Part shown: positions 51,830 through 60,687 of the stretch, piece by piece
Layout: each line of letters starts with the position of its first letter
Position numbering within the stretch: the first letter of the stretch is position 1
Translations under genes and position numbers: made by a program
Notes under the pieces: generated by a model
What the model was told of the DNA's origin: nothing
The model's input: only the letters and a program-made list of their open reading frames with translations
Database searches by the model: none
From: a virus
IMG/VR virus record: IMGVR_UViG_3300047440_000580
Span: 2,332 to 66,331 of that record
Direction: 5' to 3' (one strand)
Length of the DNA: 64,000 nucleotides

Positions 51830-52026
51830 TGGAGTCCCTCGCAGTCTTTGTGGTCTGCCACGGCATAGGTGCTACACCGCACGCACAGGATGAGGTCGAT
51901 CATCTTCCCTTCCGCCTCGGCGAACTCCTCGAGGTAGGGGATGAGGGCGACGGCTGTCTGCACGTCGATGAAGACGCGCGCCGGACCGTGCTCGGTCAGA
52001 AGGGGGACGACGAGGATGCGGCTCAC
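51826..52026 (-). CDS. hypothetical protein
   Basis: 66 aa, coupled. Confidence 0.55.
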   Translation of the reverse strand: MSRILVVPLLTEHGPARVFIDVQTAVALIPYLEEFAEAEGKMIDLILCVRCSTYAVADHKDCEGLQ

Positions 52027-52628
52027 TTGTAGTACCCGTCGTAGAACGGCTTGTACTTCGCCACGTCGGCCTCCAACTCCTTGATCTTGGCTTCCGCCTC
52101 GTTCAGCTGGTCCTTGACGGACTTTCCGGAGCGGCGCTGCACCACGACGTCGAACTGCTCCCCGTGGTAGTTCATGACGCAGGTGATGTTGTTCCAGTAG
52201 GACTTGTCGTCCTTCCGGAGCAGGTCGGCGATGCTGGCCGCGATGACCATCATGGCCCAGTTGTTCCGCCAGGAGATCTCGAACGGCGTGCCGTGCTCCC
52301 AGTGGATCTTGGCCAGCTCTGGCTTCAGCTTGCCGGTCTTCAGGCCCTTGACGAAGGCGGAGAAGCCCTCCTTGATCCGCTTGGACATGCGTCCACCGAT
52401 CGTGGCCTCGTCCTTGGGCAGGTAGATCTCGGCGATCCTGAGGAAGGACTGCGCCTGGTCCAGGAGCTCCTTCTCGCGGTCGTACTGCTTCTTCAGGTAG
52501 TTGCCGGTGTCAAACAGGATGCCGGCCATCTGCTCCACGAGCTCGTTGCCCTCTTCCCGGGCCTGGAGCTCGATCCGCTCGATCTCGGCCTCGTCGAAGG
52601 GCTTCGTCCTGTCACGCTTGAAATCCAT
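52023..52628 (-). CDS. hypothetical protein
   Basis: MDFKRDR..., 201 aa. Confidence 0.65.
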   Translation of the reverse strand: MDFKRDRTKPFDEAEIERIELQAREEGNELVEQMAGILFDTGNYLKKQYDREKELLDQAQSFLRIAEIYLPKDEATIGGRMSKRIKEGFSAFVKGLKTGKLKPELAKIHWEHGTPFEISWRNNWAMMVIAASIADLLRKDDKSYWNNITCVMNYHGEQFDVVVQRRSGKSVKDQLNEAEAKIKELEADVAKYKPFYDGYYK

Positions 52629-52635
52629 GGGATAT

Positions 52636-52833
52636 CTATCCCTTCCCCTCGAGGGTGGGCAGACCATCGCACCACGCGATGAACGCGCGGAGATGTTCGA
52701 GGGTCAGCTCGTCATCCGACCCGTTCAGGATGCGCAGGTGGTGGGGTCGGCCGTTCTCCCACCAGACCTGGAAGCTAATCGCGCCGACTTTCACGTTGTC
52801 GGCCCGGTGCGTGGGGGTCACTTTCAGCGCCAT
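52636..52833 (-). CDS. hypothetical protein
   Basis: 65 aa. Confidence 0.55.
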   Translation of the reverse strand: MALKVTPTHRADNVKVGAISFQVWWENGRPHHLRILNGSDDELTLEHLRAFIAWCDGLPTLEGKG

Positions 52834-52985
52834 CCTTCCACTTCTTCCTGGAGGTCGTGCAAGGTGACCTCCCCGTTGTTCAGAGCGATGGAAAGCTCCA
52901 CCAGGCGTTCGGCGTATGCCACTTCTTCGGTCTTCTTGGGCTCAGGCCTTCGGGACCGAAACTCGAGGAGGATTCCCGTCTTCAT
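52824..52985 (-). CDS. small hypothetical protein (leaderless; not in ORF track)
   Basis: ATG 6 nt after TATAAT; MKTGILLEFRSRRPEPKK..., 53 aa. Confidence 0.55.
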   Translation of the reverse strand: MKTGILLEFRSRRPEPKKTEEVAYAERLVELSIALNNGEVTLHDLQEEVEGWR

Positions 52986-52991
52986 GATACC

Positions 52992-53062
52992 ATTATATCA
53001 CAAGTTGTGAGCACGGGAACACACAAGTTTCCTATTTACTTTGGAACTCCGTGTGATATAAT
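52992..53062. promoter_or_regulatory. back-to-back extended -10 promoters
   Basis: TGTGATATAAT on both strands (TATAAT at 52992-52997 minus, 53057-53062 plus); TTTACT at -35 of the + promoter. Confidence 0.8.
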
Positions 53063-53069
53063 GGTATCC

Positions 53070-53585
53070 ATGGTTGACACCAAACAGGAGAAAAACTCGA
53101 TGGACAATCAAGCATTTGTTCAGGACGCGACCGTCATGTTGGCGGCCGGCCTCGTGGAGCGCAGCGCGGACCTCATCCGCGACGGCTGGATCCGCGGAAC
53201 CTTCTACAAGATGGTGGAAGGGAAGACCCCGGTGGCCTTCTGCATCCTCGGAGCCCTCGAAGAGGCGCTGAACGAGCTGATGCCCCGTAGCCAGTACGTG
53301 GAGGACGCCAGGCACCAGGTCCACGACGTGGCGTGCGCCTTCATCCTCGACGAGGTCGAGGAGCAGACCCGCGAGAAGACCTCCAGCATCCCCGGCTGGA
53401 ACGACTCCGGCACCCGCACCCAGGAAGAGGTCGTGAGCGTCATGGAGGCGGCGGCCAGCCGGCTCTGGGACATCAGCCTCGACTCCAGCGAGAAGCTCGC
53501 AGACATCACTCGCCTCGTTTCGTCGGCGGCCCAGCGTGGTGCTGGTCTGCGTACGGCGGAGCTCACCCTGTCCGACAACAACTAG
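53070..53585 (+). CDS. DUF6197-like protein (leaderless)
   Basis: ERSADLIRDGWIRG...CILGAL...GWNDSGTRTQEEVVSVM. Confidence 0.65.
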   Translation: MVDTKQEKNSMDNQAFVQDATVMLAAGLVERSADLIRDGWIRGTFYKMVEGKTPVAFCILGALEEALNELMPRSQYVEDARHQVHDVACAFILDEVEEQTREKTSSIPGWNDSGTRTQEEVVSVMEAAASRLWDISLDSSEKLADITRLVSSAAQRGAGLRTAELTLSDNN

Positions 53586-53599
53586 CGAAAGGCCTCACC

Positions 53600-54607
53600 A
53601 TGAAGGTCCCCCACGTTCAGCCCGCGCCGATGAAGCGCCTGTCGACCGTGATCGTACCCCCGGATGCCCCGCGCATCTCGACGGGGTTGCCTTCCCTCGA
53701 CACTTGCCTTGCCGGCAGTGACGAGGAGCCGGCCGGGCTGCCCGAAGGGGCGTCCGTCCTCATCAGCGGCGCGCCAGGAGGTGGCAAGTCCACCCTGGCC
53801 GCCCTGATGGCCAACGCCTCCGCCCTCTCCCTCATCCTCCACGGCGAGGAGCCCGAGCGGAACGTGAAGAAGCGGTGGGAGCGCCTGAAGCTCACCCAGG
53901 ACCCGTACCTGGCCTCCCTGAGGGACGTCGAGGTGGCGCTGGACAACGTCCGTGACGCCCAGGCCAACCTGGTGGTGGTCGACTCGGTCCAGACGCTGGT
54001 CCGCGAAGGCAAGCGTCGGCACGACTACCAGGCCATGGCCGCTGAGGAGCTCGTCGGTACCATCTGCGGCTCGGGCGGGGTGGCGGTGCTTGTCTGCCAC
54101 GTCTCCAAGGACGGCACGGCTCACGCCGGCGACCAGAGCCTGGCCCACCTCGTCGACGTGCACCTCCACGTCACGACGAACGCCAAGAAGGGTGAGCGGA
54201 AGCTGGAAATCCGGAAGAACCGCCACGGGCGGGCCGGCTTCGAGGTTCCGCTCACCATCACCCAGTTCGGGGTGGACGTCGGCACCCCCTCAGCGATGGG
54301 GAGCCTCGCCTCGGCCCGGTCGGGGCTGGAGAAGGCCGCTGAGAAGGCCATCGAGCTCCTGCTCATCGGAAAGACGCTGACGGGGTACGACTTCGACCTG
54401 GCGGGCGTCTCCGGCGGCATCTGGCGGGCCGGTCTCGAGATGGGGGCCAAGCGCCTCCAGCGAGACGGCAAGGAGATCGAGTGCATCAAGGTGCAGGGCC
54501 GCCGTGGCTTCCGCATCAAGGTGGAAGGCCCTCTCCCCGAGGGCGCCATCGTAATCCCCTTCCCGGTGAACACCGTGCCGGGAGAAGAAGACAACGTGAA
54601 CGAATGA
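53600..54607 (+). CDS. RadA/Sms-like RecA-family ATPase
   Basis: STGLPSLD, GAPGGGKST, VVDSVQT, HVSKDG..AG...LAHLVD, KNRHG. Confidence 0.85.
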   Translation: MKVPHVQPAPMKRLSTVIVPPDAPRISTGLPSLDTCLAGSDEEPAGLPEGASVLISGAPGGGKSTLAALMANASALSLILHGEEPERNVKKRWERLKLTQDPYLASLRDVEVALDNVRDAQANLVVVDSVQTLVREGKRRHDYQAMAAEELVGTICGSGGVAVLVCHVSKDGTAHAGDQSLAHLVDVHLHVTTNAKKGERKLEIRKNRHGRAGFEVPLTITQFGVDVGTPSAMGSLASARSGLEKAAEKAIELLLIGKTLTGYDFDLAGVSGGIWRAGLEMGAKRLQRDGKEIECIKVQGRRGFRIKVEGPLPEGAIVIPFPVNTVPGEEDNVNE

Positions 54608-54942
54608 CCCGAGACGACGAGGGGCACCGGGCCCTGTTTGCCCTCCTTTTCCTGGCCCTCTTCTGGATCTGCCTGGGCTGCTGCCACGGGTGCTCCTCGT
54701 CGAACGCGGGCGAAGCCCCGTTGGACATGGGGGTTTCCCAGAGCGTAGACCAGCACCCCGAGCGGTGCCGGGGACCGCAGGACTCCGGCAAGGTCATCTG
54801 GTGGGTCTTCCGGCCCGACCAGGGGATCAACGAGCTCGTGCTGGAGCCGGTGGAGGCCATCGTCCGGCAGGTCGGCTCGAAGTACGTCTGCAAGAACCAC
54901 GCCAAGGAGCAGCACGGCTTCTGGTGGGAGCAGAGCAGATGA
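54604..54942 (+). CDS. putative lipoprotein
   Basis: hydrophobic N-terminus ending CLGC. Confidence 0.55.
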   Translation: MTRDDEGHRALFALLFLALFWICLGCCHGCSSSNAGEAPLDMGVSQSVDQHPERCRGPQDSGKVIWWVFRPDQGINELVLEPVEAIVRQVGSKYVCKNHAKEQHGFWWEQSR

Positions 54943-55238
54943 GCTCGGACCGGATGATCGACCCGTACGACCCGGTCCCCGAGGCTGCGGCGGCGGCCGA
55001 TGTTTCACCGAATCTACAGGCAGATTCGGCCGAAAGCATCGTCCTCGCGCTGGCAGCGGCGGACCCGCTCGCCTTCGTGGCGGCGGTCCCGAAGGAGGAG
55101 GGGCTGGGGGTCATCTTCCACCGGAAGTACACGGCCTTCCTCGAGTGCGTCCTCTGCCACGGGGAGATCCCCCACGGCCACACGGACTCCTGCCCCTGGT
55201 GGCGGGCGGAATGCTACAAGAAGGAGCGGGGACTATGA
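54939..55238 (+). CDS. hypothetical protein
   Basis: C..CH...H...CPW; coupled. Confidence 0.55.
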   Translation: MSSDRMIDPYDPVPEAAAAADVSPNLQADSAESIVLALAAADPLAFVAAVPKEEGLGVIFHRKYTAFLECVLCHGEIPHGHTDSCPWWRAECYKKERGL

Positions 55239-55501
55239 TCAAGGTGCAAGACATCATCGGGCACGGGCCACGGAACGCGGACGCCGCCCAGGTCCAGACG
55301 GTCGTCGACCTCATCAAGGGAAGCTCGGAGCTCCAGACGAACTTCTTCCTCAACTTCCAGGGGCTGGCGGCCGAGCTGCTCGTCCAGTCGAAGCAGGGGA
55401 AGGGGACCGCCACCCAGGACTTCCGGGACACCTGCGCCTGGCAGGCGGCGAACATCAACCGGTTCGTGGCGGCCGTGAAGAAGAAGCTGGGGGCCACGTA
55501 G
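55235..55501 (+). CDS. hypothetical protein
   Basis: 88 aa, coupled. Confidence 0.55.
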   Translation: MIKVQDIIGHGPRNADAAQVQTVVDLIKGSSELQTNFFLNFQGLAAELLVQSKQGKGTATQDFRDTCAWQAANINRFVAAVKKKLGAT

Positions 55502-55663
55502 ATGTTGGACGCGTTCATCATCGACGAGATCCGGCGCCGGGAGGAAGTGGAAGACCGTCCGACCGTGGACATCCCCTACTGGGACCCGGACTGGACCCCG
55601 CCCGAGCCGATGGACACCGGCAGCTCGGACCGGGGCGTCACAATCATCGACATGAACCCCTAA
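55502..55663 (+). CDS. small acidic protein (not in ORF track)
   Basis: MLDAFIIDEIRRRE...RGVTIIDM, 53 aa; TAGATG coupling. Confidence 0.65.
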   Translation: MLDAFIIDEIRRREEVEDRPTVDIPYWDPDWTPPEPMDTGSSDRGVTIIDMNP

Positions 55664-55682
55664 CCTGTGGTATAATGGTACC

Positions 55683-55859
55683 ATGGCGACAACGGATCGG
55701 CTCGGCAAGGCGTCTGTCCTGGTGACCATCCTCCTCGGGCTGAACACCCTCTACGAGGGGCACGTCAACCGGCGGCGGAACCGGGAGCTGGACGAGAAGG
55801 ACCGGAAGATCCGGGACCTAGAGGACCGGCTCAAGAAGCTGGAGCGGGAGAAGAAGTGA
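55683..55859 (+). CDS. small TM/coiled-coil protein (leaderless; not in ORF track)
   Basis: CTGTGGTATAAT-GGTACC-ATG; MATTDRLGKASVLVTILLGL... Confidence 0.6.
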   Translation: MATTDRLGKASVLVTILLGLNTLYEGHVNRRRNRELDEKDRKIRDLEDRLKKLEREKK

Positions 55860-56434
55860 TGGGCGAGGCGCTGCACAAGCTGGTCTTTCTGGACATCGAC
55901 GGGGTCGTGAACTCGGGGCGGAACTACCACGAGTGGAACGCGGCCCACGACGAGGCCCTTCAGCGGAAGCGGGAGCAGGGGACCGTCGGGATGACGGGCG
56001 GGGACGACCGGTGGGTGACCCCGGCCGACGACCCGTTCGTCCTCAAGCTCTTCGACGAGGAGAACGTCGGCTACCTGAACCGCATCACCCAGGAGGCCGG
56101 GGCGAAGATCGTGGTCTCGAGCTCCTGGCGGATGTTCTACGCCCGGCACTTCGACCACCTGGTAGGAATCCTGGCCGGGGCGGGCGTCACCGCCGAGGTG
56201 ATCGCGCCGACCCCCTGTCACATCCCCCACCGCGGGGCGGCCATCGACGGCTTCCTCCAGTCGAACTTCAAGGGGAAGTCGGTCCACATGGTCATCCTGG
56301 ACGACGAGCCGAAGTACAGCTTCACCCAGAACTGCGACCCCTGGCTGGTCCAGACGGACGGGGCGAAGGGGCTGCAGGAGAAGGACATCGCCCGGGCCCT
56401 CAAGGTCCTGAACGGAAGACGATGGAACGGATGA
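55856..56434 (+). CDS. HAD-domain protein (Swiss Army Knife RNA-repair-like)
   Basis: VFLDIDGVVN, IVVSSSWR, VILDD, VQTD. Confidence 0.85.
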   Translation: MMGEALHKLVFLDIDGVVNSGRNYHEWNAAHDEALQRKREQGTVGMTGGDDRWVTPADDPFVLKLFDEENVGYLNRITQEAGAKIVVSSSWRMFYARHFDHLVGILAGAGVTAEVIAPTPCHIPHRGAAIDGFLQSNFKGKSVHMVILDDEPKYSFTQNCDPWLVQTDGAKGLQEKDIARALKVLNGRRWNG

Positions 56435-56571
56435 GCCTGGAGCTCCACGACGAGCTGAAGACGGCCCGGCGGCTGGCCTGGATCAACGTGGCTGAGTACG
56501 AGGACCCGGGCGACTACGACGACAACGACCCCCTGCTTGACTGCAGGGATCCAGACGAGGGAGACCGATGA
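56431..56571 (+). CDS. small hypothetical protein
   Basis: 46 aa, ATGA coupling on both sides. Confidence 0.45.
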   Translation: MSLELHDELKTARRLAWINVAEYEDPGDYDDNDPLLDCRDPDEGDR

Positions 56572-56906
56572 AGAACGAGATGCCGCAGGCCGCGATCGTG
56601 CTGGTGGACCGGGAGGGCCGGAAGACCGCCCCGAACATCAGCAACCCGGTGCACAGCACCCTGGACATGGAGCTCGTCCTCAAGGAGGAGATGATCCACA
56701 TCAAGATGTGGGCCATGGCGGCCGCCCAGGGGAACGGCTCGGCCGGCTGCGAGGTGACCGACCTCCGGACCGGGGAGGTCGTCTACGCCGGGGGCGGGAG
56801 CTACTTCAGCCTCGGGGAGGGGTCGAAGCCGAGGATCTACGTCCCGGGTCCCTGGGAGAAGGTCATCCTGGACCGGGCCAAGCAGTACACGGAGCGTCTC
56901 CGATGA
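56568..56906 (+). CDS. hypothetical protein
   Basis: 112 aa, coupled. Confidence 0.6.
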   Translation: MKNEMPQAAIVLVDREGRKTAPNISNPVHSTLDMELVLKEEMIHIKMWAMAAAQGNGSAGCEVTDLRTGEVVYAGGGSYFSLGEGSKPRIYVPGPWEKVILDRAKQYTERLR

Positions 56907-57202
56907 AGTCGACGCGGAAGATCCGGCTGACCTCGGACGTGCGCCCCCTCACGGAGGAGCAGATCAAGGGTCTCAGCGACCATGGCCTGAAGGCCTACCG
57001 GACGAAGGTCCTGGCCTTCCGGGACCTGGCCCACGACGCGGCGAACGAGTACTGCTGCGGCCAGCGGGCGGGGTGCAACGTGGTGGTGAACACCCGGCCC
57101 CGGGAGGAGCTCACCGAACGGGAGGTGGCCCGTATCCGGAAGATGGACTTTCTGGCGGCGGCCTGTAACCGGGAGTGGCGGAAGCGGGACCTCGGGCGAT
57201 GA
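56903..57202 (+). CDS. hypothetical protein
   Basis: 99 aa, coupled. Confidence 0.55.
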   Translation: MKSTRKIRLTSDVRPLTEEQIKGLSDHGLKAYRTKVLAFRDLAHDAANEYCCGQRAGCNVVVNTRPREELTEREVARIRKMDFLAAACNREWRKRDLGR

Positions 57203-57474
57203 AGCTCGTAGAGGTACCGGTCTGGGAGCACCCCTTCACCTGCGAGCACTGCCTCGCGAAGGCGGTGGCCACCCGGGGAGACCTCGAGCTGGCCCGGATC
57301 GGGAGCTACGACGAGATCGACTACGAGTACTACTACGTCGAGTGCCCGAACTGCAAGTCCCACGTCATGCTGGACGGGGACAAGGAACCGATGAAGGGGA
57401 AGACGAAGGTCTTCGTGCCGCAGGACGAGAAGTCGGCGGCCCACGCCAGACGGAACAAGAAGTGGGGAAGATGA
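57199..57474 (+). CDS. Zn-ribbon hypothetical protein
   Basis: CEHC...CPNC. Confidence 0.6.
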   Translation: MKLVEVPVWEHPFTCEHCLAKAVATRGDLELARIGSYDEIDYEYYYVECPNCKSHVMLDGDKEPMKGKTKVFVPQDEKSAAHARRNKKWGR

Positions 57475-57848
57475 TGAGCCGAAACGTCCAGAGCCTCTAC
57501 GTGACCCGCACCTACGGGGGCTTCCTCGAGGGGACCTACGAGATGTGCAACCGGCACCTGAGGAACTCCATCCCGAACCAGGCCAAGCGCCTCTGGGGGG
57601 AACGGGCGACCCACGTCTTCTGGCCGGAGACGGACCCGACGAAGAAGTGGCCCGAGCATGTCTACTACGCCTGGCTGGACGACCCGCTGACGGGCCCGGT
57701 CTCGGGATGGCGGCCGGACGACCCGGACGGGCGGGAGCTGGTGGTCGTCTGGTTCTCGGACGAGCCGGTCGGGGAGATCGAGCACGACCTGGCTGCCCTC
57801 GTGACGGATGAGCTCTTCCGGGAGAAGGGGAAGGACTACCAGATATGA
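57471..57848 (+). CDS. hypothetical protein
   Basis: 125 aa, coupled. Confidence 0.6.
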   Translation: MMSRNVQSLYVTRTYGGFLEGTYEMCNRHLRNSIPNQAKRLWGERATHVFWPETDPTKKWPEHVYYAWLDDPLTGPVSGWRPDDPDGRELVVVWFSDEPVGEIEHDLAALVTDELFREKGKDYQI

Positions 57849-58078
57849 TCGACCTCCTGAAGAGGGCCCGGAAGCTGCTGGACGGGGCCATGATCCGCTA
57901 CACGAGCTCTGAGACGGAAGCGGAGCGCAAGCTAGTCTTCCAGGAGCTGTCCAACCTGATCTCCTCCTCCGAGGCGGAGCTGGCCGCCCTGGACGCCTAC
58001 GTGTCGCAAAAAGAAGAAGAGTCGCTCCAGGAGAAGCCGGCCCCAGGGGCGGTGGTCCGCCTGCCGGTGATCCAGTGA
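57845..58078 (+). CDS. hypothetical protein
   Basis: 77 aa, coupled. Confidence 0.55.
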   Translation: MIDLLKRARKLLDGAMIRYTSSETEAERKLVFQELSNLISSSEAELAALDAYVSQKEEESLQEKPAPGAVVRLPVIQ

Positions 58079-58623
58079 TCCGAGGGGTGTGCCGGGTGGC
58101 CCGGGCCCTGCCCGGACTCGCACTGTTCCTCCTGTTCTGGCCGTGGAAGCCGCGCTGGACATGGATCTGAGGTGGTGGGAGACGGCCTACCCGACCGGAA
58201 GCTTCGCGTACCGGCACGCCGCGTGGACGGAGGCCGCCTGGCTGGCCGACGTCCTGCGCCTCCGCCGGTTCTGGGACGCCGCCGGTCCGGAGCAGTACTT
58301 CGGATGCGCCCTCTAGTCACTCTAGTGACGCTCCGAGGCCCTTTCCACGTGCGGGTGGTAGGATTCCATGGTCCCGTCCTCTGACCTCCCTGGGGCCCTC
58401 CTGGGGACCGAGCTCTGGCTCTGGGGCGGGATCCTGGCCCTTACCCTCTGGATCGTCCTCTCCGACCTGCCCCGGAAGCCCCCTAAGTAACCCTTAGCTA
58501 ACAAAATCAATGGCTTAGGCGAAAACCTGGGCTGGAAAAATGGGCCTCGCATCTCGGGAGCAGATCAAGCCGGGCCTAAATGCCTAATATTCCATATGAA
58601 CCCCAATACCCCTTTCCTTTATA

Positions 58624-58718
58624 ATATCATAGGCTTATAGGACGGCTCATATTCCTTAATGGTTCCAATAGGATACACGCCTATGCACTATCTGCATACC
58701 GCCGTAAGCCTATGATAT
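58624..58718. repeat. 14-bp inverted repeat in AT-rich intergenic region
   Basis: ATATCATAGGCTTA (58624-58637) / TAAGCCTATGATAT (58705-58718); inner TATGCA-CTATC-TGCATA. Confidence 0.75.
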
Positions 58719-58850
58719 CGTTATGTTCTTAGGCCTGTTTTTAAAAATGGAATTTGATATAATAGGTTCATAAGGCAAGGAAGGATGGAAAGGAAAAGGC
58801 CGGAATCATCCGGTCCCCTCCCCCTCCCCTCGCCCCAACGGAGCCAACAC

Positions 58851-59285
58851 ATGAAGACCAACGTCACCTACATCGACGCCGCGAAGTTCGAGACCCTCAT
58901 CACCGCCTCGGGCCTCCCGATGTCGGGACAGAAGGGGTTCGTCAAGGTCACCGGTCCCAAGGGGCGTCAGGTCTACGTGGCCTCCACGAAGCGGGTCGGT
59001 CGGGTGGACATCAGCGGGTTCACGATGGAGGGCCCCGGCTACGTCTCCCCCCACTGCGGTCCCTTCGGGAACGTGAAGCAGCAGCTCGACTTCTCCCTCC
59101 CCGAGGACGAGGTGCTCAGCAACTTCGCCGCCCTCCTCGAGCACATGAAGACCCTGGCCCCGGTCGAGAAGGCGGTCCGCGCCCCGGCCACCCCGAAGGC
59201 GGACGAGCCCAAGGGCTGGTCGGGCAAGGCGGAGCGGGCCAAGAAGATCGCGGCCAAGTCCAAGGCCTCTTCGCCGGCCGCCTAG
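58851..59285 (+). CDS. early protein with K/A-rich tail (paralog 1)
   Basis: MKTNVTYIDAAKFE...VYVASTKRVGRVDISGF...HCGPFGNVKQQLDFS; TGATATAAT upstream. Confidence 0.8.
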   Translation: MKTNVTYIDAAKFETLITASGLPMSGQKGFVKVTGPKGRQVYVASTKRVGRVDISGFTMEGPGYVSPHCGPFGNVKQQLDFSLPEDEVLSNFAALLEHMKTLAPVEKAVRAPATPKADEPKGWSGKAERAKKIAAKSKASSPAA

Positions 59286-59294
59286 TCCGGTCCC

Positions 59295-59335
59295 GAGGTG
59301 GCCTCCTCTACGCCGGGAGGCCACCTCTTCTTCTT
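59295..59335 (+). terminator. intrinsic terminator
   Basis: GAGGTGGCCTCC..GGAGGCCACCTC + TTCTTCTT. Confidence 0.7.
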
Positions 59336-59586
59336 CCACCCGAGGCGGCCCGGTGAGGCGAGGAGAAGAGGAGCCCCAGGGAGCTGCCCTCTCCGCCACC
59401 GGACCACCGCCTCTTTTCCGGAGGGGTAGACACCAACGGGACTCCTGGGGCCTCGGCCTGTCCCGCCTCCCCTCCTCTTCTGGCCTCGGCTGCCTGGTGG
59501 CAGAGGGTAACCACTCCCTGCTGGGTTCGATCCCCGGTCTTGGCCCTACTGTTTGGCTGTCCAACCCGTACCACGGAGGTTCCTCT

Positions 59587-59688
59587 ATGCGTAGAAGCAA
59601 CACGACCGACTGGCTCCTGGCCGCCATGGTGGCCTGCCTCACCGCCTCATGGGCCTGCCTCTGCGCCAGCCAGGCGGTGGCCCGATGA
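59587..59688 (+). CDS. possible small hydrophobic peptide
   Basis: GGAGG RBS; MRRSNTTDWLLAAMVACL...; ATGA coupled to next gene. Confidence 0.4.
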   Translation: MRRSNTTDWLLAAMVACLTASWACLCASQAVAR

Positions 59689-59996
59689 AGACCTACAGCC
59701 GCAAAGAGATCCGGCACGACCAGTGGGAGATCCTTCAGCTGAAGGCCTACGCCTCCCTGCGGTTCCTCCGGGCCCGCCTCATCGAGGAGGAGACCACGGA
59801 CGAGGAGGACATCGTGGAGCTGGTCGACCGCATCCTCCGCTGGGAGGGCGTCCTCTCCGCCACCTGCCGGCTCCTGGGCGCCTCCTCGGAGATCGACCTC
59901 CAGGACTACCAGGCCTCCCTGTGGCAGGACCCGTCGGAGCACCAGGTCGACCACATGATGGCCCTCGCGGCCGCCTCCTCGCCGGACCTCCAGTAA
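59685..59996 (+). CDS. hypothetical protein
   Basis: MKTYSRKE..., 103 aa. Confidence 0.6.
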   Translation: MKTYSRKEIRHDQWEILQLKAYASLRFLRARLIEEETTDEEDIVELVDRILRWEGVLSATCRLLGASSEIDLQDYQASLWQDPSEHQVDHMMALAAASSPDLQ

Positions 59997-60052
59997 CGTG
60001 ACGGCCCCCGGTCATCTCCTCTCGGGGGCCCCTCCCGCCCGCCACTCCCTTC

Positions 60053-60155
60053 ATTATACCACGTATGCCTCCGGTTGTACACCCCTTTTTGCCGCGAAAA
60101 AAAGTGCGTCCCTCGTCACTTTTTCCTTTACGTTCGGTCCGAAGTTTGGTATAAT
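60053..60155. promoter_or_regulatory. divergent promoter pair
   Basis: minus: TGTACA-17-TATAAT (GTGGTATAAT); plus: TTTACG-17-TATAAT. Confidence 0.7.
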
Positions 60156-60229
60156 GGTTATATCAAGTGGCGGAAATGGTTCGAGGAATTATCCTCCGGC
60201 CATCGAAGCCAAGAAAAACGGAGAACGAG

Positions 60230-60655
60230 ATGAAGACCAACGTGACGTATGTGGACGCGGCGAAGTTCGAGACCATCATCCTGGCGAGCGAGCTCCCCAT
60301 GACGGGCCAGAAGGGGTTCGTCAAGGTCCAGGGGCCGACCGGGCGGGCCGTCTACGTGGCCAGCACCAAGCGGGTCGGCCGGGTGGACATCTCGGGCTTC
60401 GAGGTCTCCTACGGGGTGTCCCCGCACTGCGGACCGTTCGGCAACGTCAAGCAGCAGCTGGACTTCTCGAAGCCGGAAGACGAGATCCTCTCGGACTTCA
60501 CGCAGCTCCTGGCCGACCTGAAGGCCCAGGCCCCGGTCGAGAAGAAGCAGCGTGCGGCCTCGAAGCCCAAGGCCGACGAGCCCAAGGGCTGGACCACCCC
60601 GGCCGCGAAGGCCGCCCGGAAGGCCAAGATCGCGGCCCACAGCTCGCAGGCCTAA
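60230..60655 (+). CDS. early protein with K/A-rich tail (paralog 2)
   Basis: closely similar to 58851..59285; GGAG RBS. Confidence 0.8.
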   Translation: MKTNVTYVDAAKFETIILASELPMTGQKGFVKVQGPTGRAVYVASTKRVGRVDISGFEVSYGVSPHCGPFGNVKQQLDFSKPEDEILSDFTQLLADLKAQAPVEKKQRAASKPKADEPKGWTTPAAKAARKAKIAAHSSQA

Positions 60656-60687
60656 AGCCTACCCTCGAATCACTTAGCCTCCTCTTT

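Noticed and set aside
58089-58316. 75-aa + strand ORF after 58078
   Set aside because: Weak start context in low-complexity GC-rich sequence; not supported enough to call.
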